Shown here in pieces: positions 33,617 through 41,995 of a stretch of DNA of 64,000 nucleotides (positions are counted from its first letter, which is position 1; each line of letters begins with the position of its first letter). The DNA is taken from the IMG/VR virus record IMGVR_UViG_3300045988_156369; one strand, 5' to 3'. Under the pieces are notes generated by a model. The model saw only the letters and a program-made list of their open reading frames with translations, was not told the origin of the DNA and ran no database searches. Position numbers and translations under genes: made by a program. Origin of the DNA: a virus.

Positions 33617-34312
33617 TCAGGCGCGGGCGGCGGTCAAAGTAGCGGCGGGCGCTTTGGGGGTTGCCTTCCGGGTGGACTTGCGCGGGGCTTTTGCTTTTGC
33701 CTGTACGGCGGCAACGGCGGCGGCTTTTGCGGCCTGTTCGGCCTTGCGCTGTTCGCGGGCGGCCTTTTGGGCGGCCTTGCGGGCCTTCTTATCTTCCACC
33801 AGGGCGGCGGCGTTACTTGCTTGTACGCCGTCAAGGCGGTCAATAGCCCACTGTTCAAGCGCAGTCATAACGGTGGAAGTGGCGGCAGAATCCGCGTTCA
33901 GGTTGATTGTACCACGGCGGGCGCCGTTGGTATCTTTTGCGGTGCCATTGACGGCAACGGGGGCAAGGGCGGTAACAATACGGGCGGCGGCGGCGCTGTC
34001 TGTTTCACCGCTTGCCACGTCAAAGAGCATAGCGGCGGCGGCGCGGCGGTCAGGGGCGAACTTGCCCAAATAGCCGCGGGCGGCGGTCAGAACGGGCGCG
34101 GGGTCAGGGGTCAGGCTGTTAGTAACAGCGGCGCGATAGTCCGCCACGGCCATAATCAGGGCGGCGGCGCTATCCCGGTACAGGTGGAAGAGTTCACGGG
34201 CGGCGGCGGTGGTCATATCAGGGCCGTCACAGTGGGCGGTAAAGAGCTTGCAGTTAATTGCTTTGTGCTCTGCAATGGCAGCGCGGGCGGCGGCGGTATA
34301 ATTTGTAGTCAT
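33617..34312 (-). CDS. Ala-rich hypothetical protein (231 aa) in a GC-rich patch
   Basis: ORF with GGAAGGAAG RBS. The basic C-terminal tail is rich in A and K. Confidence 0.65.
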   Translation of the reverse strand: MTTNYTAAARAAIAEHKAINCKLFTAHCDGPDMTTAAARELFHLYRDSAAALIMAVADYRAAVTNSLTPDPAPVLTAARGYLGKFAPDRRAAAAMLFDVASGETDSAAAARIVTALAPVAVNGTAKDTNGARRGTINLNADSAATSTVMTALEQWAIDRLDGVQASNAAALVEDKKARKAAQKAAREQRKAEQAAKAAAVAAVQAKAKAPRKSTRKATPKAPAATLTAARA

Positions 34313-34585
34313 GGTATGTACTTCCTTCCTATATGTTCAATTGAGTGTTGTCCGGGCGGTAAAGCCGGGCGCGGTCAAAATCGGATGAACATACCTGAAA
34401 CAGTGCAAGGGGTTTGTTTCAAGTACACGCATAGTATAGCATGTGCATATAGCTATGAACATACACAAAACGCGCAAAATTAAAAATCTGAAAAAGTGAC
34501 GGTACAGTGACGAAATATTCTGTTAGTGTACATATATCTATGCACTATTGATACATGCAAGAAAGAGGTGCAAATAATAAAGATT

Positions 34586-34789
34586 ATGGGTAAACGCATA
34601 TATAATGAAGCCAAAAAAGCGGCAAATGCGCGATATATCGCGGAAAAAACGGATAGAATTCAGGCATATTTACCGGCGGGATACGCTGCGAAGATTGCTG
34701 CAATAGCCGATCAACAAAACACAAGCAAGGCGCAAGTGCTAAAAAATGCCATAGATATGTTATACAGCACGGTTATTGATAATAAATAG
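34586..34789 (+). CDS. ribbon-helix-helix (Arc/CopG-like) DNA-binding protein
   Basis: RIQAYLPAGYAAKIAAIADQQNTSKAQVLKNAIDMLY fits a beta-strand/helix/helix RHH pattern. It is divergent from the leftward arm. Confidence 0.55.
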   Translation: MGKRIYNEAKKAANARYIAEKTDRIQAYLPAGYAAKIAAIADQQNTSKAQVLKNAIDMLYSTVIDNK

Positions 34790-34910
34790 CACATATGATC
34801 CGTGGGATTTTTTCCGCGCTATATAATGTACGCGCGTACTAATAAGGCGGGGAAGGCGGGGCTCTGTACTGCGTGTATCAGGCAGTGGAGGACCGGGACG
34901 CAGATAGATT

Positions 34911-34939
34911 GTTTCAATTCTAACTGTTTGAATTGAAAC
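34911..34939. repeat. 10-bp perfect inverted repeat
   Basis: GTTTCAATTC, 9-nt spacer, GAATTGAAAC. Confidence 0.8.
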
Positions 34940-34972
34940 TAATGGTTGTTAGGGCACCGACGGCACAAAAGA

Positions 34973-34998
34973 ATTTACCTAAATATATTTACCTAAAT
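34973..34998. repeat. 12-nt direct repeat ATTTACCTAAAT x2
   Basis: Copies at 34973-34984 and 34987-34998. Confidence 0.8.
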
Positions 34999-35406
34999 TT
35001 CTTTAACTAAAACAGCGCCTGGTATACCCTCTGTAAAGCAAGAAAAGCGCCAAAAATCAGCGGGTGAGAAGGCCATAAAATAGCGGTACACCGCTAAAAA
35101 TCTGCTACTTGCAAACCACCTTCAATAGTTTGTATGTGGGGGCAGGTTAAAAAGAAAAAATAACGTGTGAGCGTGAAAAACGGGTCAGTTATCTCATCTC
35201 ACTCCCGGCTCTCAAAACACAAACCAACGCACCTACGCGGTTTCTCCCTCTTTCACCTCCCCACCTCCTCTTCTCCTTTCTCTAAACCCCTCCCTTCCAC
35301 CACTTTCCGTCCTCAAACCCCCTGTTTCCTTAATCGTTCCCTTTCTCGAAGAAAACCGCATAACAATCCGCTTTCTAGGCTCCTTTGGGGCCTTATTTTT
35401 TTACCC

Positions 35407-35542
35407 AAAAACGCCATAAAAACGTGCAATTTGGCCACTAAAATGCGCAAAAACAGCGCCAAAACGCTAAAAAACGCATAATTTCCGCTCGAAAACGCCT
35501 CGGAACGACTCTGGCGGAGCTTTTTGATCCCCGAAAACGCCC
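35407..35542. repeat. Array of 8 A-tract/AAAACGC-like units, roughly helically phased
   Basis: A-runs start at 35407, 35418, 35440, 35449, 35461, 35469, 35492 and 35534. Confidence 0.65.
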
Positions 35543-35691
35543 TCTTTGGGCCTTCATCAGGGGCAGATCCATCCATTTTGAGACCAGATCCGGCTAATAA
35601 CGAGCACCACAGGGCTATCACAGGGCGCTCTGATCGCCTGTTAGTCGTTTTCCTACCTATTTATACTGTATAGTTGGTTCTATCAGCCTCG

Positions 35692-35775
35692 CTGTTGCCA
35701 GGTAGACAGGGGGGAGGTTAATCCCACTGTTGCCAGGTAGAGTGGGTAGATTGGGTCCCGCTGTCGTCAGACAGG
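35692..35775. repeat. Three repeats spaced 35 nt apart (CTGTTGCCAGGTAGA x2 plus degenerate CTGTCGTCAGACAGG)
   Basis: Copies at 35692-35706, 35727-35741 and 35761-35775. Confidence 0.7.
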
Positions 35776-35842
35776 GGGTTCTTTCGCCCCTACAGGCGGA
35801 GCCTGTGTTACGCTTTCTCCTGAAATTTATTTTTTGTCACTG

Positions 35843-35872
35843 TTGACTTCTTGTAATTAGCAGTGCTATAAT
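35843..35872 (+). promoter_or_regulatory. sigma70-type promoter of the rightward arm and integrase
   Basis: TTGACT (35843-35848), 18-nt spacer, TATAAT (35867-35872). Confidence 0.6.
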
Positions 35873-35882
35873 AGAACCATAA

Positions 35883-35911
35883 GATAAAGCTCCGCAGGAT
35901 AAAGCTCCGCA
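35883..35911 (+). repeat. Tandem 14-nt repeat GATAAAGCTCCGCA x2 in the integrase leader
   Basis: Copies at 35883-35896 and 35898-35911, between the -10 box and the RBS. Confidence 0.75.
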
Positions 35912-35940
35912 AGACACACCACACAGGAGGGAAGCCCACT

Positions 35941-36909
35941 ATGAAAAAAAGAAACAGCGTAGCTCACTTTATTCCCCGCACAGTTACGATGCAGGAAGCC
36001 GCAGATGCCAAAGGTGGGCTGGACCTACAAGGTGCTGCAAGCTTACTGATGGCAATGATGCAGGCAAGCGCCGATACTGACGGCCACAACGCCCTGATGG
36101 AACAGCTGGCATCCGCCATGGGTTATAAGCTGGTACGCGAAACACCACAGCCGCGCCAGCGGAGCCGCAGTAAGAAAGCCCGTGCCGCCCGCTATGCACA
36201 ACCCAAACTGAGTCTGGTAAAAACCAATGGTGTGGCAAAACCAACGCCGGCAGAGCCGATCCGCAGCCGCGAGGACTTTAACGCCATAGCCACATACCTG
36301 CACACCCAGGGACGCCCGTATAACAGGCAGCGGAACTATACCTTATTTATATGTGGTGTGACACTGGGCCTGCGTGTGGGCGATCTTTTACGCCTTACCG
36401 TTGATGATGTGTGGGATTGTGAGCACAACTGCCCGCGCCACCGCGTAATTATCATCAATGAAAAGACCGGCAAGCGCACCAATGACCTGATTACCCCGCT
36501 GGCAGCAGGCGCGATTACCGCTCTGATTGAAGAGATGCGGGGCCGAACCATGAATGTGCTGAAGCCAGGCTGGCCATTGTTCCAGAGTATGCGCAGCCCC
36601 AAGGGAGTGCCGCAGCCGCTGGACGAAACCCAGGTGTGGCGGATCTTAAACCATGCGGCCAAAGAGTGCGGCATTAAAGAGCATATTAGTACCCACAGCC
36701 TGCGCAAGACCTATGGCTATGCTGCAAACCACGCCATGACAGAGGCCGGGCTGCCGGCTGGCCAGGTGATGGAAACGCTGCAAAACAAGTTCCACCACAG
36801 CAGCCAGAGCATTACGATGCGCTACATTGGCTTGAGCCAGGAGCAGATTGATGCAACGGCAATGGCAGTAGATACAGTGTTGGGGGTGCCGCCGTTGGCT
36901 ACTATATAA
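35941..36909 (+). CDS. int: tyrosine recombinase / phage integrase
   Basis: Catalytic pattern GLRVGDLL (Arg), HSLRKTYG (HxxR), HSSQSITMRYIG (His..Tyr). Confidence 0.85.
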   Translation: MKKRNSVAHFIPRTVTMQEAADAKGGLDLQGAASLLMAMMQASADTDGHNALMEQLASAMGYKLVRETPQPRQRSRSKKARAARYAQPKLSLVKTNGVAKPTPAEPIRSREDFNAIATYLHTQGRPYNRQRNYTLFICGVTLGLRVGDLLRLTVDDVWDCEHNCPRHRVIIINEKTGKRTNDLITPLAAGAITALIEEMRGRTMNVLKPGWPLFQSMRSPKGVPQPLDETQVWRILNHAAKECGIKEHISTHSLRKTYGYAANHAMTEAGLPAGQVMETLQNKFHHSSQSITMRYIGLSQEQIDATAMAVDTVLGVPPLATI

Positions 36910-36926
36910 CGATACCCACTGAATTT

Positions 36927-36953
36927 GGGTGCCTGGCAAGCACCCGTTTTTTT
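36927..36953 (+). terminator. Intrinsic terminator after int
   Basis: GGGTGC-CTGGCAA-GCACCC followed by G and T7. Confidence 0.8.
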
Positions 36954-36965
36954 ACCTTTATTAAA

Positions 36966-36981
36966 TACAAGTTTTCGCAAA
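36966..36981 (+). promoter_or_regulatory. Conserved motif copy 4 (TACAAGTTTTCGCAAA)
   Basis: Identical 16-mer, 19 nt upstream of the 37001 ATG and directly after the int terminator. Confidence 0.5.
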
Positions 36982-37000
36982 CAAAGGAGGCAAATAATTC

Positions 37001-37702
37001 ATGGAAAATCACAACACAGGCACCATCAACAGCTCCGCTAGATATTGTTTGGCAAAACCGGGCGACAAGGTGCGAATTACCAAAACACACCGGGCGGATA
37101 TACGCCAATATGCGGCCTGCGAGGGAGATACATTCATAATTACCAAAGTGGTGGACGGCCAGATCCCCTATGGGCGGTGGCTGCAGCCGAGCGGTATGCT
37201 GGCGGTCAGGGAGCTGAAGCTTGACCCAAACTGCTGTACGTTACTTACGCCGGAGGAATGTGAGGCACCGGCTGCTACACCAGAGCCAACCACGCTGCGC
37301 AGTGTGACGATTGATGTGAGCGACCCAGAGGCAGCACATAAGGCCGTGGATGATGCGTGCGCAAAATACCAGGCCAGCCAGACGAGCCGCTGGAGCACGG
37401 CAGAGACATGCAGCGCAAAACTGAGCGCCAGGAAAATGATGGCCACGCTATGTGAGCAGGGTGTCAGCATGGTTTGGTTTATTGAATCAGATCCAGGCCG
37501 CCGGCATGTTTGTTTGGAATGCGACAATGGCACGCCGAACACATGGGCGAAAAGTCATGGTTATTCTACCAACTATGTGCAAATCACCTTTAACGATAAC
37601 GTAGACTTCGATGAATGGATTGGCCGTTACGCCTGCCTGTGCGCATTAACGGGCGAACCTGTTGCCGATATTGTTATGCGCAGCATCAAGATTGACACCT
37701 GA
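37001..37702 (+). CDS. hypothetical protein (233 aa)
   Basis: ORF with AAAGGAGG RBS. Confidence 0.72.
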   Translation: MENHNTGTINSSARYCLAKPGDKVRITKTHRADIRQYAACEGDTFIITKVVDGQIPYGRWLQPSGMLAVRELKLDPNCCTLLTPEECEAPAATPEPTTLRSVTIDVSDPEAAHKAVDDACAKYQASQTSRWSTAETCSAKLSARKMMATLCEQGVSMVWFIESDPGRRHVCLECDNGTPNTWAKSHGYSTNYVQITFNDNVDFDEWIGRYACLCALTGEPVADIVMRSIKIDT

Positions 37703-37733
37703 ATAATTAACAAAGTTTTGGAGGTCTTTACCA

Positions 37734-38468
37734 ATGAAGAAAATTCCAACCTTATATAAACGCGAGTTCAGTGGCCACAAGATTACCGGAATCCATGACG
37801 AGATTACGCCGGGCTGTGAAGCGGCGCTGACGGATGAGAGCATTGCCACATTGAAGATTGACGGTGCCTGCTGCGCGATTATTAACGGCGAATTCTACAA
37901 GCGCTTTGATGCCAAGCCGGGCAGAGCAGTGCCGGAGGGTGCGATCCCGTGTGACGAGCCAGACCCGGTAACTGGCCACTGGCCCCACTGGGTGAAAGTG
38001 GCGGCAGACAACCCCGCGGACAAATGGTTTGTGGCGGCACGAAACAACAGCTGGGATGACCTGCCGGATGCAACCTATGAGGCGATTGGACCGCACTTCC
38101 AGAAGAATCCCTACGGGCTGGACAAGGACGTGCTGGTGCGGCACGGCACGATCAGTATTGACGTCCCGAACCTAAGCTTTGAGGGAATCCGGCGCGGGTT
38201 GGAGTTGGCCGCCATAGAGGGCATCGTGTTCTGGCATGAAGGAGCACCGCTGTGCAAAATCAAGCGCAGTGACTTTGGCTTTAAGTGGCCGGTGACGCAA
38301 GACGAGCTGAACGCGGAGTTTGGGGCAAATAATCCTGATCCGTGCGAATTGGTGCGGCGGACTGCGGCTATGTACAGCAGGCATGAATTTCCGGCAGATA
38401 TGACCAAGATGTTTGATTCTGGACATGAAGCCACCAAGGAGGAAACGCGCAGGCATGAAAATTATTGA
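37734..38468 (+). CDS. ATP-dependent RNA/DNA ligase-like nucleotidyltransferase
   Basis: Motif I TLKIDGACC (KxDG), motif IV-like EGIVFWH, motif V-like CKIKRSDFG. Minimal size of 244 aa. Confidence 0.6.
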   Translation: MKKIPTLYKREFSGHKITGIHDEITPGCEAALTDESIATLKIDGACCAIINGEFYKRFDAKPGRAVPEGAIPCDEPDPVTGHWPHWVKVAADNPADKWFVAARNNSWDDLPDATYEAIGPHFQKNPYGLDKDVLVRHGTISIDVPNLSFEGIRRGLELAAIEGIVFWHEGAPLCKIKRSDFGFKWPVTQDELNAEFGANNPDPCELVRRTAAMYSRHEFPADMTKMFDSGHEATKEETRRHENY

Positions 38469-38853
38469 CTTTGAGCGCAAGGGCAACCTGGTACGGTTCT
38501 ACCTGGGTGATGATGACCTGGTGGAATGGTACGGCGACGACTGGAACGATACGCCGTATGAGCATAACGCAGAGCGAGTCTATGACAAATATATCAAAGG
38601 CTACTGCGATATGATGTTCCCGTTTGACGACCTGGTACTGGAACCTTGCTGCGGAACCTGCAACAGCGGGTGGTGTAAAGATGATATGGTGGCGCAGAAA
38701 GTGCCCTGCATTATTCAGGTGCCGGCTGCAGTACATAGTGACAGCTTTGATGAAAGTTTTGACCACTGGGTAGGGGCCAAGGGCGTACATAAATTTTATT
38801 TTGGCGACCATATGGAACCAAGCGCTATGACTGCTACCAATCCTCATTCTTAA
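38455..38853 (+). CDS. hypothetical protein (132 aa)
   Basis: ATG at 38455 overlaps the end of the ligase-like gene. Confidence 0.62.
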   Translation: MKIIDFERKGNLVRFYLGDDDLVEWYGDDWNDTPYEHNAERVYDKYIKGYCDMMFPFDDLVLEPCCGTCNSGWCKDDMVAQKVPCIIQVPAAVHSDSFDESFDHWVGAKGVHKFYFGDHMEPSAMTATNPHS

Positions 38854-38878
38854 ATAATAACTTTGGAGATTTTTAACA

Positions 38879-39091
38879 ATGGAACAAACATGCTTTAGAT
38901 ATTCCGTACAGCCACAGACGGAACACATTAAGGATTACACACATACAATCGCCGTAATGTTTGAAGACATGGTAGATTATGCAGACCGCAATGGCCTTGA
39001 CCGGAACGAGGTAGTAAGCGAAATGCTGCACGACATAAACGCCATGAGCGGTTACTGCGATATGAATAAATACCGGCCGTTGCCGGAATAA
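38879..39091 (+). CDS. hypothetical protein, paralog of the C-terminal half of 39178-39516
   Basis: TEHIKDYTHTIAVMFEDMVDYADRNG...SGYCDMNKYRPLPE here versus TEHIKDYNRTIALMFEDMVDFADRYG...SGYCDMNRYRPMPR in the paralog. Confidence 0.68.
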   Translation: MEQTCFRYSVQPQTEHIKDYTHTIAVMFEDMVDYADRNGLDRNEVVSEMLHDINAMSGYCDMNKYRPLPE

Positions 39092-39177
39092 AAGAGGTGC
39101 GGCATGACGATTGAATTATGGCGGGGCAGCTGAAAGTCAGTAGGCAAACTTGATCTTGGATAAGGAGAAAAACTACA

Positions 39178-39516
39178 ATGCGATTGATTGACGCTGATGC
39201 CATGCAGGTTGAATGGCTGGCCAAAGGGCTTGACGATAGAACTTATGACACAAACAATGTGCTTGATAGCATTGACGAGCAGCCTACCATTGACCCTGAA
39301 TATAAAAGACCCGCAACTTATATCGTTGGTGAACAGGTACAAACTGAACATATCAAAGATTACAACCGCACGATCGCCTTAATGTTTGAAGATATGGTGG
39401 ATTTTGCCGATCGTTATGGTTTTAGCCGTGATGAGGTAGTAAACAGTATGATTTACGATATGCACACTTTGAGCGGCTACTGCGACATGAATAGATATCG
39501 GCCAATGCCGAGATGA
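39178..39516 (+). CDS. hypothetical protein (112 aa)
   Basis: ORF with RBS. See the paralog at 38879-39091. Confidence 0.68.
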   Translation: MRLIDADAMQVEWLAKGLDDRTYDTNNVLDSIDEQPTIDPEYKRPATYIVGEQVQTEHIKDYNRTIALMFEDMVDFADRYGFSRDEVVNSMIYDMHTLSGYCDMNRYRPMPR

Positions 39517-39531
39517 GGGAGGAATACACAA

Positions 39532-39726
39532 ATGACCAATGAAGAATTTGAAACCCGCAAGAAAGAGGTTGCCAGTAACCTGCAATTATTGCTTGACGAG
39601 ATGCGGCAGCTGCACGACTGGATTGTTCTTAACCCGGTAAAAGAAGTCACACAGGAAGACTATAAAGACTGGGAGAATTCGTTCGGTACTCTGCTTGACA
39701 GTTTCGAGATTCTAGACTGCAACTAA
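39532..39726 (+). CDS. hypothetical protein (64 aa), paralog of 39744-39956
   Basis: Shared pattern ...L(H/R)DW(I/M)..(N/H)PV(K/E)(E/D)VT...(D/E)WE. Confidence 0.6.
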   Translation: MTNEEFETRKKEVASNLQLLLDEMRQLHDWIVLNPVKEVTQEDYKDWENSFGTLLDSFEILDCN

Positions 39727-39743
39727 TAAGGAGGAAAACTACA

Positions 39744-39956
39744 ATGACTGATAATAATTTCACAATCGAAGATTTTAACACCAAGAAGCAAGAGATTGCC
39801 GGCGACATGAAGATTTTATTCAACGAGCTGACCACCCTGCGTGATTGGATGATCCAACACCCGGTGGAAGACGTTACCATGGATACCGCCAAAGAATGGG
39901 AGGATGGATTCTATGGTTTGAAAGAAAACTTTTTGTTTGTCGGCCATGCCTTTTAA
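39744..39956 (+). CDS. hypothetical protein (70 aa)
   Basis: ORF with AAGGAGG RBS. Confidence 0.6.
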   Translation: MTDNNFTIEDFNTKKQEIAGDMKILFNELTTLRDWMIQHPVEDVTMDTAKEWEDGFYGLKENFLFVGHAF

Positions 39957-39965
39957 GGAGGATAT

Positions 39966-40412
39966 ATGTCAAAGTTAAAAATCGCCAGTGCTATAACTCA
40001 CGCTTGCGCTGTGGCCACTGCGGTATTGACTGTTGGAGCCGCCGTACACTTTTGCCTTTACTTAGAGGCTAAAGCGCCAAAGGCTGTAGACACAACTGCT
40101 GTATATACCACGCACAAGATCTCCTACGCATTTCTTGAAACGCGGCCGTATACAAACCGGTATGGCGGCATTTGCGGCGCTGACACATACCTGCACTGCG
40201 GCGTAATACAGGATGATGGGAGCATAAAAGAAGAAACCGAGGATGTAGATTACGTCACCATAAAATATTCTGATGAAGATTACAGCTACAAGGCCGACTT
40301 TTACGACCGCACCACATACGACAATGAATCGTTCGAAGATCGGTATACCAGCACGGTGTACTACCTGACCGACGAGATGATGCGAGACCTGGGTACCGGA
40401 GGCAGCCAATGA
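39966..40412 (+). CDS. membrane-anchored hypothetical protein (148 aa)
   Basis: N-terminal TM segment. AAGGAGG RBS. Confidence 0.65.
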   Translation: MSKLKIASAITHACAVATAVLTVGAAVHFCLYLEAKAPKAVDTTAVYTTHKISYAFLETRPYTNRYGGICGADTYLHCGVIQDDGSIKEETEDVDYVTIKYSDEDYSYKADFYDRTTYDNESFEDRYTSTVYYLTDEMMRDLGTGGSQ

Positions 40413-40612
40413 GCGAGACATGGGAATCTACGGTGAACGCCATATTGATGATTTACATATATGGACCGTTGATGCTGTTGATGTTGGGGATTAACTGTAC
40501 GCTGTTGATTTTTAGCGTGTGGAAGATAATAACAATAGCAAAACACATTGCCAAGAGATATTACGAAAAGTTCATATGTAAAATTTTCATGAACAATAAA
40601 AACGAAAAATAA
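40409..40612 (+). CDS. small membrane protein (67 aa)
   Basis: Hydrophobic core. 4-nt overlap with the upstream gene. Confidence 0.55.
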   Translation: MSETWESTVNAILMIYIYGPLMLLMLGINCTLLIFSVWKIITIAKHIAKRYYEKFICKIFMNNKNEK

Positions 40613-40627
40613 GGTGAAAAATTTTTT

Positions 40628-40897
40628 ATGGCACGACTGATTGATGCGGAGGAGTTTGAGGCGTACTGCATTGAGCGCGACCCGAAGTATTCAGAGGCCG
40701 AATGGCAGGCTTATCTGGATGGGGTACAACGGGTTTTGGAGGCCATTGATGCGGCACCCACCATGACAAAATATGTGCGATGTGAAGACTGTGACGAGGT
40801 AGTAAACTCTCTTAAACGCCCAGATTTATACTACTGCACATTGCATGACTGCGAGACAACAAAGGAGGGATTTTGTAATGAAGGGCATGTCGGATGA
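40628..40897 (+). CDS. hypothetical protein (89 aa)
   Basis: ORF. The N-terminus MARLIDAEEF resembles that of 39178-39516. Confidence 0.62.
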   Translation: MARLIDAEEFEAYCIERDPKYSEAEWQAYLDGVQRVLEAIDAAPTMTKYVRCEDCDEVVNSLKRPDLYYCTLHDCETTKEGFCNEGHVG

Positions 40898-41165
40898 AAG
40901 TTATTGGGATCGGGGAGAACTGCTCTGTGCGTACGTGCGCGGCGAAAAAACGCTGGATGAAGTCATGGACACGATTGAGCTGATACTAGCGTGGGATGTG
41001 TGGACGACGATGGATAAGATTAACCCCATTGGCGGACATGGCCCTGCAAGTCCTTATGACGAGCCTTTGATGGCAGAAACAAATTATTCAGCCCAGCTAA
41101 GATACGAGCTGGAAACGCCTGTACGGCGGGCTAAGGAGGTGGATAAAGCAGATGACAAGGCTTGA
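40878..41165 (+). CDS. hypothetical protein (95 aa)
   Basis: ATG at 40878 after GGAGGG. Confidence 0.6.
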   Translation: MKGMSDESYWDRGELLCAYVRGEKTLDEVMDTIELILAWDVWTTMDKINPIGGHGPASPYDEPLMAETNYSAQLRYELETPVRRAKEVDKADDKA

Positions 41166-41397
41166 AAAGTTACAAAGCGCAACGGCGGACGATCTGGCCA
41201 GCCTATTTACCATCATAGACGACGAAGGCGAGTACCGACCGCTGTTGATGCCAATGAACCTGGTGAAAGATCCTGACAACCTGGACGAGATTATTCAGAG
41301 CCAGAGCGAATGGCTGCAGGGCGAATATTGGCCGGGAGATTTTGGGCTTGGCTGGTTTGATGAACCGGTAATGCCGGAACCAGCGATCTATTCATAA
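41152..41397 (+). CDS. hypothetical acidic protein (81 aa)
   Basis: ORF overlapping the upstream stop codon. Confidence 0.6.
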   Translation: MTRLEKLQSATADDLASLFTIIDDEGEYRPLLMPMNLVKDPDNLDEIIQSQSEWLQGEYWPGDFGLGWFDEPVMPEPAIYS

Positions 41398-41698
41398 ACC
41401 GCGACACCACACGGTATAACATGGCCTGAGACGCGCAGGGACGCGCTGTGAATCACGATACAAGGAGATACGACATGCAATACATAAACCGAGAAGATGC
41501 GTTAAAAGCGCTGGGAGATGAGCCTGGAAGAACTATTTAGCGCAAAAGGAAAGAGCGTGATTTTATCAGCGCCGGATCAGATTTTGAACCGATACGTTAT
41601 GGCCTGGGCGATTGTATAAAACCAGGAACGAAAAGAACCAAGGACGCGATTGAACCAAACCCTTTGCACCATAATAACCTTTACGCAACTACGAAAGC

Positions 41699-41729
41699 GG
41701 AACGCAGTAACCTGCAGGAACGCAGTAAC
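41699..41729. repeat. 13-nt direct repeat GGAACGCAGTAAC x2
   Basis: Copies at 41699-41711 and 41717-41729, in a 600-nt ORF-poor region. Confidence 0.8.
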
Positions 41730-41866
41730 AACCAAGAGAACGAACCTCATGCGCCCACACAAGAACAAACGCCGGGGAAACGAGCCGCTTATAACATTAA
41801 CGAGAGATTTATAATTACATCCTATTTTCACGCAGTTTTAGGGGGTGGTTTTGAACCTTAGTGCTA

Positions 41867-41966
41867 TCAATGACACGCAATTTTTAGGCCGCTTTCTGAA
41901 TAAACCCTTCAAAAACAGGGTCTCAGAGCTTTTTAACGCAAGCAATGACACGCAATTTTCAGGGCG
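41867..41966. repeat. Two 25-nt iteron-like sites upstream of the putative initiator
   Basis: TCAATGACACGCAATTTTTAGGCCG (41867-41891) and GCAATGACACGCAATTTTCAGGGCG (41942-41966). Inverted copies lie at 26439-26506. Confidence 0.7.
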
Positions 41967-41995
41967 ATTTTAATGATTAGGAGCGATAAGTAAGA

